Source of the DNA: Chloroflexota bacterium
Lineage (GTDB): Bacteria > Chloroflexota > Dehalococcoidia > Lucifugimonadales > Australimonadaceae
Direction: 5' to 3'
Assembly: GCA_027618515.1 (NCBI GenBank)
Contig: JAQCEV010000026.1
Location: 1-31,441 of the forward strand
Length of the DNA stretch: 31,441 bases
Shown: positions 24,277 to 31,441 of the stretch, one piece after another
Numbering within the stretch: position 1 is the first letter of the stretch
Layout: every line of letters starts with the position of its first letter
The notes under the pieces: model-generated
The model's database searches: none
Seen by the model: only the letters and a program-made list of their open reading frames with translations
What the model was told of the DNA's origin: nothing
Made by a program: the position numbers and the translations under genes

Positions 24277-26016
24277 ATGGCAGTTTCGAACGCAGGGTGG
24301 GGTTCTGACATCATTATCGACATGCTTCAGGCTCTGGGCATGGAGTACATCGCCCTCAACCCAGGCGCCAGTTATCGGGGCATCCACGACTCCCTCGTGA
24401 ACTACGCGGGCGGCAAGCCTCAGATCGTGCTCTGCAATCACGAAGGCATCGCCATCGCGGTCGCCCACGGGTACGCCCATGCCGCCGGCAAGCCCATGGT
24501 CGCCGCCGTCCACGATGTCGTCGGCCTACTGAACGCCACCGAGCGAATCTACAACGCCTGGCTCGACCAAGCGCCCATCCTCGTTATCGGCGGTACTGGC
24601 CCCGTCGCGGCCGACCAACGACGCCCCCACGGTGACTGGATCCACACCGCCCTCGTGCAAGGTCAGGCGGTCCGCGAGTTCACCAAGTTCGACGATCAGC
24701 CTGCCTCCATCGCTGGCGCCATCGATTCCATCCTGCGCGCCCACGAGGTCGCAACGACTGCGCCGGAGGGGCCGGTGTACCTGTGCTTCGACGCGGGGCT
24801 GCAAGAAGCGCGGCTAGCTGAGCCCGTGGAGATCCCCGACCCGTCAGCGTTCCCCGCCATCCAGCGTCCCCACGCCAGCCAGGAAAGCCTCCGGCGCATG
24901 GCCGACCTCCTCCTCGCCGCTGACAAACCGACCATCATCGTCGATTACTTAGGCGACCAAGACTCCGTGGATTCCCTCGTACTGCTCGCGGAAACTGTCG
25001 GCGCGTCCGTGATCGACCAGGGTGATCTCCACAACTTCCCCAGTCGCCACCCACTCAACCTCACCGACGCCACCAACGAGGTCGTGCGTGAAGCCGATCT
25101 CATCCTCTGCTTGAACATCGTCGACCCCCAGGCCGCCTTCTCCCGTAGCGACTTCTCGACGCGCCGCCCATCGCCCGTGGTGCGACACGATGCCCAAATC
25201 ATCGATGTCACGCTACGGCACTATGGCATCAAATCCTGGGGGCAGTCTTACGGTGGTATGTTCCCCATGGACATGGTCGTCTCAGCCGACGTCCATCACG
25301 TCCTCCCGCCTCTTGCCGACCTCGTGGTCTTCATGTCCGGCGAGCCCACAAAGAAAAAGGCCGCCCAACGCACAGCAGCGGCAGCAGCCAGGCGCAAGCC
25401 GCTCACCGCCCGTTTCCAAGAACAAGCTGCCGACGCCAGTCGCATGAACCTCGCCTACGTCGCACAGCAGACGTGGGAGCTCATCCAAGACCATGACTGG
25501 ACGCTGGTCGACCGCGACCTGCGCGGCAACTGGGCCCACCGTCTGTGGGATTTCACCAAGGCCACGCAATACACCGGCACCACGAAGGCGGGGATCGGCA
25601 GTGGCCTTGGGCGCGCCATCGGCGCCGCTCTGGCTAACAAAGGCTCTGGTCGGCTCAACGTCCACTTCCAGCCTGACGGCGACCTGTTGTTCACGCCATC
25701 CGCCCTTTGGACGCTCGCCAACCAAGAGCTCCCGGTCCTCATCATCACCAACAACAACCGCTCCTACGGCAACGACGAACGCCACCAGGAGGAGGTCGCC
25801 CTCACCCGCGAACGGCCCGTCGAGAACAAAGGTGTTGGCATCCGCATCGAGGGCCCCGAAGTCGACTTCGCCGCCCTAGCCCGCTCCTACGGCATCCACG
25901 GGGAAGGCCCGATCACCGACCCCGCCGACCTACGCCCTGCCCTCGAACGTGCGCTCGCCGTCGTGCTCTCAGGCAAGCCAGCGCTGGTGGACGCGGTCGT
26001 GCTGTCAGGGCGCTAG
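24277..26016 (+). CDS. Thiamine-pyrophosphate-dependent enzyme (acetolactate synthase / benzoylformate decarboxylase / Xsc-like three-domain family)
   Basis: 579 aa. N-terminal TPP Pyr domain (ALNPGASYRGIHDSL ... NHEGIAIAVAHGYAHAAGKPMV). C-terminal PP domain with GIGSGLG ... NVHFQPDGDLLF ... LPVLIITNNNRSYGN (the GDG-x24-NN TPP motif). Confidence 0.8.
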   Translation: MAVSNAGWGSDIIIDMLQALGMEYIALNPGASYRGIHDSLVNYAGGKPQIVLCNHEGIAIAVAHGYAHAAGKPMVAAVHDVVGLLNATERIYNAWLDQAPILVIGGTGPVAADQRRPHGDWIHTALVQGQAVREFTKFDDQPASIAGAIDSILRAHEVATTAPEGPVYLCFDAGLQEARLAEPVEIPDPSAFPAIQRPHASQESLRRMADLLLAADKPTIIVDYLGDQDSVDSLVLLAETVGASVIDQGDLHNFPSRHPLNLTDATNEVVREADLILCLNIVDPQAAFSRSDFSTRRPSPVVRHDAQIIDVTLRHYGIKSWGQSYGGMFPMDMVVSADVHHVLPPLADLVVFMSGEPTKKKAAQRTAAAAARRKPLTARFQEQAADASRMNLAYVAQQTWELIQDHDWTLVDRDLRGNWAHRLWDFTKATQYTGTTKAGIGSGLGRAIGAALANKGSGRLNVHFQPDGDLLFTPSALWTLANQELPVLIITNNNRSYGNDERHQEEVALTRERPVENKGVGIRIEGPEVDFAALARSYGIHGEGPITDPADLRPALERALAVVLSGKPALVDAVVLSGR

Positions 26017-26382
26017 ATGCCCGCAGAATCACACCACCAGCAGCAGATCAAGCTCTACGAGATGCTTGTCGCCAGTCTGCCCGGCGTCCAGCGTAAGGGT
26101 GCAGCCAATCCGTACACCTCGCTGAACGGAAATATGTTCACATTCTTGGGCAAGGACGGCAGCATCGGCATCAGGCTGGCCTCCACCGACCGCGCCCGCT
26201 TCATCGCTGAACACAGCGCCAACCTCGCTGTGCAGTACGGAGCTGTCATGAAAGAGTATGTTGCGGTTCCAGAGGCACTCCAAGGCAACATCCCTGAACT
26301 CACCCGGTATTTCGCGCTAAGCCTCGCCTACGCTGAAACCTTGAAGCCCAAGCCAACGACCAGAAACAAGCCGACTGCATAG
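26017..26382 (+). CDS. Hypothetical small protein (121 aa) abutting the TPP-enzyme gene (TAG ATG)
   Basis: Starts 1 nt after the upstream stop. Translation ...LYEMLVASLPGVQRKGAANPYTSLNGNMFTFLGKDGSIGIRL... The family is not recognised with confidence. It may be a YdhG/DUF1801- or TfoX-N-like fold, which is a guess. Confidence 0.45.
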   Translation: MPAESHHQQQIKLYEMLVASLPGVQRKGAANPYTSLNGNMFTFLGKDGSIGIRLASTDRARFIAEHSANLAVQYGAVMKEYVAVPEALQGNIPELTRYFALSLAYAETLKPKPTTRNKPTA

Positions 26383-26442
26383 CACGCCCACGCTCCCAAA
26401 CGCGCGACGCCGCACTCCGTCCAGCGAGGACATAGCTCGCCC

Positions 26443-28131
26443 CTAGAACAGCCCGCTGGCCCCCAAGATGTACTCCGACGTCCTGTAAGCCAACGCGCAC
26501 ACCGTGGGCGTCGCCGCGTACCCGGTCATCGTGGGGAACACCGACGCACCAACGACGAATAGATTGTCCACGTCGTGCGATTGGCAGTAGCCGTTCACGA
26601 CCGAGTCGCTAGCGTCATCGCCCATCACCGTGCCGCCAGCCCACCGACTCGCGCGGTTCGTCGGGAAACCCCAGACCTCGCTCGCGCCAGCCTCACGCAG
26701 GATCTGCTGCTCGATCTCACCCAGGAACGCCCACATCTTGTGCTCGTTCTGGTGGAAGGCGAACGTCGTCCGCGGCAGCGGGATACCCCATTCATCCTTG
26801 AATCGCGGATCAAGGTCTATGTAGTTCTCGCGGTGCGGCAGCGTCTCCGGGTGCGACGTCACGTCCGCTTGGCGGGTGTAGTACTTCGCCAGATATTCCT
26901 TGTACGCCTCGCCCCAGCGAGGCCAGCCCGGCGGGATCGCGTCGTAGCGCTCCAGCGGAGTGCCGCCGCCGCTCGTCCCGATCGTGCCACCTCGGATGAA
27001 ACCCACGCCCGCGTGGTCGAAGTTGTTGCCGTTGAAATCGTCCATCCGCATCCCTGAGTTGGGGCCGATGAACCCGTTCACGATGTAGTCGTCGAAGATA
27101 CCCGTGTACCGCACATCGCCGTGCGCGGTGATGCGTCGCCCCACCTGGCCGCTTGAGTTGGCCAACCCACGCTTGCCCTTGCCCGACAGCAGTAGCAGAC
27201 GTGACGCCTCGTAGATGTACGAGGCCACGATGACAACCTTGGCGCGTTGCTCGACGACGTTGCCGTCAGGGTCGAAGTACGACACGCCAGTCGCTCGTCC
27301 ATCGGGGCCCGTCTCGATGCGGAACACCTTGGAGTTCGTGCGTAGGTCGAAGTTGCCGGTCTCGAAGGCCACCGGCACCGACGTCCACGCCGACGACAGC
27401 TTCGCCTGCACGTGGCACCCGTAGTTGTTGCACTGGCCGCAGTACACGCACGCAGGTCGCTCCTGGATGCGCGTGTCGTAGGGAGCGGGCGGCTGGTACG
27501 CCTCCGACAGTATCCCGTTGGGCGTCGGATGAGCGTGATACCCCAGTCGAGCGCAGGCGTCGCCGAACAGCTCGTTCCGCGCGCCCTGCCGTAACGGCGG
27601 CAGTGGGTAGCCCTTCTTGCGCGGCCCAGCGAAAGGGTTCGCCTCAGCATCGCCAGACACCCCCATCTCCCACTCGAACCGCTCGTAGTACGGCTCTAGG
27701 TCGTCGTAGCTGATCGGCCAATCGCGTATCTCGTAGCCCGTCAGGTCAGCGCGCGCCTTATCGGCGACGCCCGCCTGCATTTCGTTGGAGTCCACCCGGA
27801 AATCGTCAGGCATGAAGCGAGTGGCGGAGCCTGTCCAGATCGCCAAGCCACCACCCACCGCGTTCACTGGCGTCGACGTGAAGCGCTTCGCGCTCGGCGC
27901 GCCCTCACGCTGGCGCACGGAGATCGGCTCGTGTCGCACACGCTCGTCGAAGTTGCGACGAGTGATGCTACGGATGGTGTCTTTGGACGCGTAGTCCTCG
28001 AATTCAGCCATCGGCCCTCGTTCGAGCCCCACGACCTCTAGCCCAGCCGACGCCAACTGCTTGGCCATGATGCCGCCCACCGCGCCGATACCCACGATCA
28101 CGACATCAACAGCCTTAGGGTTGTTAGGCAT
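26443..28131 (-). CDS. GMC-family FAD-dependent oxidoreductase (gluconate 2-dehydrogenase flavoprotein-subunit-like)
   Basis: ATG 28131 with AAGGAGG 6 nt upstream. N-terminus VDVVIVGIGAVGGIMAKQLASAGLEVVGLERG (GxGxxG FAD fold). C-terminal GMC_oxred_C-like region HDVDNLFVVGASVFPT. The longer 636-aa reading is an Arg/Trp-rich extension across the upstream gene. Confidence 0.85.
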   Translation of the reverse strand: MPNNPKAVDVVIVGIGAVGGIMAKQLASAGLEVVGLERGPMAEFEDYASKDTIRSITRRNFDERVRHEPISVRQREGAPSAKRFTSTPVNAVGGGLAIWTGSATRFMPDDFRVDSNEMQAGVADKARADLTGYEIRDWPISYDDLEPYYERFEWEMGVSGDAEANPFAGPRKKGYPLPPLRQGARNELFGDACARLGYHAHPTPNGILSEAYQPPAPYDTRIQERPACVYCGQCNNYGCHVQAKLSSAWTSVPVAFETGNFDLRTNSKVFRIETGPDGRATGVSYFDPDGNVVEQRAKVVIVASYIYEASRLLLLSGKGKRGLANSSGQVGRRITAHGDVRYTGIFDDYIVNGFIGPNSGMRMDDFNGNNFDHAGVGFIRGGTIGTSGGGTPLERYDAIPPGWPRWGEAYKEYLAKYYTRQADVTSHPETLPHRENYIDLDPRFKDEWGIPLPRTTFAFHQNEHKMWAFLGEIEQQILREAGASEVWGFPTNRASRWAGGTVMGDDASDSVVNGYCQSHDVDNLFVVGASVFPTMTGYAATPTVCALAYRTSEYILGASGLF

Positions 28132-28648
28132 TCCACGCCTCCTTCGTTGGGTACGGTCGATCCACCGCCTTGGGCTCCAGATCCACGACCTTGTTGATGT
28201 ACGCTTCCTCATACCCATACTGGTGCCCAGGGAAACCCACGATCCTCCAGCCCACCAGGTCGCGATTGCCGCCGTACGCGGGCTCGCCCAGCACCCCCTC
28301 CATCGTGTGGTCGCGCAACGTCCCGAAGAACTCTTTCGCCTTGGGAAACCCATCCACGCGACCGGCCTCGAACGCCGTCAACAGGTCGTCCTGCTGATCT
28401 GGCGTTGCCTTGAGGAAGTCCACGCCGTAGCGTCGCTTGCTCTCGCCAGCCAGCGCCCTGCACCCGCTGCGGTACAGCGACAGCAACCCTGGATACGCCT
28501 CGGCCAACGCCCGGTCGACGTAGTTGACCACGCCAGCCTCGGTCGCGCCTGGCGTATCGGTCGTGGGGAATATGCGCGCGGCAGCAGCCTCGACGAGCGC
28601 CGCCTGGCGCCTCGTCAGCGCGACCGGTACGAAGGAGATAGTCGTCAT
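28124..28648 (-). CDS. Gluconate 2-dehydrogenase subunit-3-family small subunit with a twin-arginine (Tat) signal
   Basis: Translation MTTISFVPVALTRRQAALVEAAAARIF: RR followed by a hydrophobic stretch. Stop overlaps the GMC start by 8 nt (translational coupling). TTG 28651 is an alternative start. Confidence 0.7.
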   Translation of the reverse strand: MTTISFVPVALTRRQAALVEAAAARIFPTTDTPGATEAGVVNYVDRALAEAYPGLLSLYRSGCRALAGESKRRYGVDFLKATPDQQDDLLTAFEAGRVDGFPKAKEFFGTLRDHTMEGVLGEPAYGGNRDLVGWRIVGFPGHQYGYEEAYINKVVDLEPKAVDRPYPTKEAWNA

Positions 28649-28740
28649 CAACGCCTCACAAGGAAGGATTGCCCAGCGCGCGGACGCTATCGGAGCGCAC
28701 GCGAGTCGTCAACCCGGGAACGCAGAGCGGGGCACGTGCT
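28362..28740. repeat. Copy A of an about 370-bp direct repeat (5' end plus promoter region of the small-subunit gene). Its partner is 30931..31300, about 95% identical.
   Basis: Base-by-base comparison of 28362-28740 with 30931-31300 shows about 20 mismatches. Most are synonymous within the shared 96 codons. The flanks on the outer sides differ. Confidence 0.8.
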
Positions 28741-28983
28741 CTGGTGGCGATCCTGGCCGCTCCAAACGGAAAAGTTTGTGGTACCCCCGTATGCCAATTC
28801 ATCGCCTCACCAGACCGGGTGGCAAGCAGTCGCTACACTTGGGACATGTTGGTTTTTGATTTCGTCAGAGCAGGGTTGTCCAGCCTGTAAAATACCTCTT
28901 CGAGCCCGGGCATAAAAGCCGGGCTGGAGAGCGGTCACGTGGGTCGCGTTAAGAAAATAGTGTTGGCGAGGTAACTTGGTTTT

Positions 28984-30879
28984 ATGGCCTTTATAAGCAT
29001 GCAAGGGATATCCCTTGCGTTCATTGGCGTCCGACTTCTAGACGAGGTCAACTTGACCATTGAGCGAGGAGAAAAGGTTGGCCTGGTAGGCAGGAACGGG
29101 GCGGGGAAGTCAACGCTGCTCCGGCTGATAGAGGGAAGCGTCAAACCAGACTCCGGAATCGTTGCCCTCCAAAAGGGCGCGTACTCCGCCTACCTATCGC
29201 AAGAGGTGCCCCAAGAGTTACCCGGAACCGTGTTCGATGTAGTCGCCAGCGGAAGCAGAGAGTACGTTGATCTGACCGCAGGGAATCCATCCCAAAGCGC
29301 CCGGCTGCCACAGGCAGGCACGCCGCCTCTACATGACAACGTTGATACCGCAGAAGGGTGGCACAAGAGGGATCAGGTCAGCAGAAGCCTCTCGCAACTG
29401 GGGCTCGATGCTGACCGCACGTTCACTTCTCTTTCCGCTGGCCTGAAACGCCAAGTGCTCTTGAAGAGAGCGCTTCTTGGCGAGCCGGATATCCTCCTCT
29501 TTGATGAACCAACAAACCATATGGATATTGATTCCATCAAGGCACTGGAACAGATGGTCGCTCGGTATACAGGTGCCTTGATCTTCGTGACCCACGACCG
29601 GATGTTCTTGCAGAAAATAGCTACCCGGATAGTGGAGATTGATCGGGGCCGGCTGTTTGACCAGACCTGCGACTATGAGACCTTCCTGGCACGGCGAAGC
29701 GCCGACCGCGAGGCAGAAGAGACGCAAAACGCTCTGTTCGATAAAAAGCTGAAACAGGAAGAACAATGGATTCGGAGAGGGGTCGAGGCGAGGCGGACGC
29801 GCAACGAGGGCCGCGTCAGGGACTTGAAAAAGATGCGAGAGATGCGCGGATCCAGACGGGACCAACTCGGGACGGTGAAGATGGAAGCCCAGGAAGCTGA
29901 GCGTTCCGGAACATTGGTGGCCAAGGCCGTAGATATGGGCTTTGGCTATGGCAATGCTGAGGTAATCTCAAACTTCTCCACCATGATCCTGAAGGGCGAC
30001 AGGATCGGAATGCTGGGCCCCAATGGCAGTGGCAAAACCACCCTCTTGCGCCTTCTTCTCGGCATGCTCAGCCCGACTACTGGCACGATCCGCCTCGGCG
30101 CCAACCTGAAAATCAGCTACTCCGACCAGCTCCTTGAGCAATTGGACGAAAACAAGACCGTCATAGAAAACGTCGGCGACGGCAATGACACCGTTACCGT
30201 GAACGGGAAGAGTCGTCACATCATCGGCTATCTGCAAGATTTTCTGTTTTCTCCAGATCAAGCTCGCTCTCTTGTTTCTGTTCTGTCCGGTGGAGAACGT
30301 AAGCGCGTCATGCTCGCCCGTCTCTTCACGCGGCCCTCCAACCTCCTGGTGCTGGATGAACCCACCAACGACTTAGATATCGAGACCATTGACCTCCTTG
30401 AAGGCCTCTTGATGAGCTACACGGGAACGATTCTCCTCGTCAGCCACGATAGGGCGTTCATCAACAACATCGTGACGAGCACCATCGTTTTTGAAGGCGA
30501 CTCCGTCGTGAAGGAGTACGTCGGTGGCTACGATGACTGGCTGCGTCAGCGCCCCGCTCAAGCAAAACCGAGTAAGGACTCTGCCAGCAAGCAAAGCGCC
30601 CCACCGGCTCAGGCACCCAAGGCAAAGCTGAAATTAAAGTTCAGCGAGCAAAAAGAACTGGGTGCGCTGCCCCAGACTATTGAGCGCCTAGAAAGGGAAC
30701 AGCATGAGTTATTCCAGGCCGCCGGAGATCCAGGGCATTACAAACAGGACAGGGGTGACATTGTGGCCACGAACGACAGGCTAGAAGAAATGAAAAGGCT
30801 TTTGGTTGAGGCCTACGCACGTTGGGAGGAATTGGAACAACTCAACCTAGATGCCGAAAGCAACAAGCCTTCAAGATAG
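28984..30879 (+). CDS. uup: ABC-F family ATPase, Uup-like (two ABC ATPase domains plus C-terminal coiled-coil domain, no TM domain)
   Basis: N-terminus MAFISMQGISLAFIGVRLLDEVNLTIERGEKVGLVGRNGAGKST is colinear with E. coli Uup (MSLISMHGAWLSF...LVGRNGAGKST). Walker A GRNGAGKST and GPNGSGKTT. Signature LSGGERKRV. C-terminal KLKLKFSEQKELGALPQTIERLEREQHELF coiled-coil. Gene GC is visibly lower than flanks. Confidence 0.88.
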   Translation: MAFISMQGISLAFIGVRLLDEVNLTIERGEKVGLVGRNGAGKSTLLRLIEGSVKPDSGIVALQKGAYSAYLSQEVPQELPGTVFDVVASGSREYVDLTAGNPSQSARLPQAGTPPLHDNVDTAEGWHKRDQVSRSLSQLGLDADRTFTSLSAGLKRQVLLKRALLGEPDILLFDEPTNHMDIDSIKALEQMVARYTGALIFVTHDRMFLQKIATRIVEIDRGRLFDQTCDYETFLARRSADREAEETQNALFDKKLKQEEQWIRRGVEARRTRNEGRVRDLKKMREMRGSRRDQLGTVKMEAQEAERSGTLVAKAVDMGFGYGNAEVISNFSTMILKGDRIGMLGPNGSGKTTLLRLLLGMLSPTTGTIRLGANLKISYSDQLLEQLDENKTVIENVGDGNDTVTVNGKSRHIIGYLQDFLFSPDQARSLVSVLSGGERKRVMLARLFTRPSNLLVLDEPTNDLDIETIDLLEGLLMSYTGTILLVSHDRAFINNIVTSTIVFEGDSVVKEYVGGYDDWLRQRPAQAKPSKDSASKQSAPPAQAPKAKLKLKFSEQKELGALPQTIERLEREQHELFQAAGDPGHYKQDRGDIVATNDRLEEMKRLLVEAYARWEELEQLNLDAESNKPSR

Positions 30880-31219
30880 AGAGTGCCAACCAGCGTAAAG
30901 ACGAAGTCGATTGGGGGGATCCCGCAACGCCACCGGCCTCGAACGCCGTGAGCAAGTCGTCCTGCTGATCTGGCCTGGCCTTGAGGAAGTCCACGCCGTA
31001 GCGTCGCTTGCTCTCGCCAGCCAGCGCCCTGCAACCGCTGCGGTACAGCGACAGCAACCCTGGATACGCCTCGGCCAACGCCCGATCGACGTAATTGACC
31101 ACGCCAGCCTCGGTCGCGCCTGGCGTATCGGTCGTGGGGAAGATGCGCGCAGCAGCAGCTTCAACGAGCGCCGCCTGGCGCTTGGTCAGCGCCACCGGCA
31201 CGAAGGAGATAGTTGTCAT
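30842..31219 (-). pseudogene. Truncated duplicate of the Tat small-subunit gene (first 96 codons, then fused to unrelated sequence)
   Basis: Translation MTTISFVPVALTKRQAALVEAAAARIF...DDLLTAFEAG is identical to 28124..28648 except R14K and T82R. It then diverges (GVAGSPQSTSSLRWLALSILKACCFRHLG*). Lies in copy B of the 370-bp repeat. Confidence 0.6.
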
Positions 31220-31300
31220 CAACGCCTCACAAGGAAGGATTGCCCAGCGCGCGGACGCTATCTGAGCGCACGCGAGTCGTCAACTGTGTGGGCGGGGCGG
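30931..31300. repeat. Copy B of the about 370-bp direct repeat
   Basis: See copy A. Copy B retains the native upstream (promoter-side) flank 31300-31441. Confidence 0.8.
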
Positions 31301-31441
31301 CAATGCGAGCGCTCGCGGAGATTCCGGCCGCTCCAAAAGAGGAGTAGCCCAACCGTTCCTAGAATCATGATGTCGTTGTCCAGGGAAAATGTCAGGGTTT
31401 ACTGTTCAGCGATTTTGTCAGTAGGGTGTCTCGTTTGCTCA

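Noticed and set aside
28897-28920. Hairpin agcccgggcataaaagccgggct upstream of uup
   Set aside because: 7-bp stem, but no adjacent U-tract on either strand. Not a convincing terminator.
1-31441. tRNA, rRNA, transposase or integrase genes
   Set aside because: No cloverleaf-like GGTTCGAATCC-type T-arm motifs were found on either strand. None of the long ORFs resembles a DDE transposase, tyrosine or serine recombinase. The mobile-looking regions (RHS remnants, ABC-F insert) lack any recombinase gene.

Overview
This is a high-GC bacterial chromosomal window, roughly 65-70% GC by eye, with GGAGG-type ribosome-binding sites and frequent GTG/TTG starts, which fits an Actinobacteria- or Chloroflexi-like genome. 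About 25 protein-coding genes are supported on both strands.

Housekeeping or recognisable genes:
- ilvD (dihydroxy-acid dehydratase) and rmuC.
- An Uup-like ABC-F ATPase.
- A fused double-SPFH lipoprotein, an EamA transporter and a family-III CoA-transferase.
- A DUF885 protein, an SDR, an M24 aminopeptidase and two tandem MFS transporters.

Accessory material:
- (a) About 2.4 kb of decayed RHS/YD-repeat C-terminal fragments interleaved with small AT-rich membrane ORFs, plus a 100-bp tandem repeat and a GT-skewed noncoding tract. No intact rhs gene is present.
- (b) An intergenic REP-like array of 82-bp units bounded by gcagggcNNNgccctgc hairpins, with a weaker relative of the motif after the second MFS gene.
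- (c) A small operon rmuC - small protein B - small protein A. B and A are tandem paralogs, and B overprints the rmuC 3' end.
- (d) A low-GC island upstream of ilvD carrying a 52-aa transmembrane ORF and a membrane protein with a SHOCT domain.
- (e) A 1.5-kb tandem duplication. Each unit holds a Sec-secreted Ig-like plus RTX/beta-roll calcium-binding protein gene. The second copy carries an in-frame amber codon and a SHOCT-tail remnant that looks to be under purifying selection.
- (f) A Rieske oxygenase, SsuA/THI5-like (Pht5-like), TPP-enzyme and small-protein cluster with no reductase partner in the window.
- (g) A two-subunit GMC dehydrogenase operon with a Tat-signal small subunit. Its 5' end and promoter are duplicated as a 370-bp direct repeat (about 95% identical) flanking a low-GC insertion that carries the ABC-F gene.

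No tRNA, rRNA, CRISPR array, transposase or integrase was recognised. The single exciting-system candidates I can support are the RHS orphan graveyard, the rmuC-linked small-protein paralogs and the duplicated secreted beta-roll module. None can be assigned a function from sequence alone.
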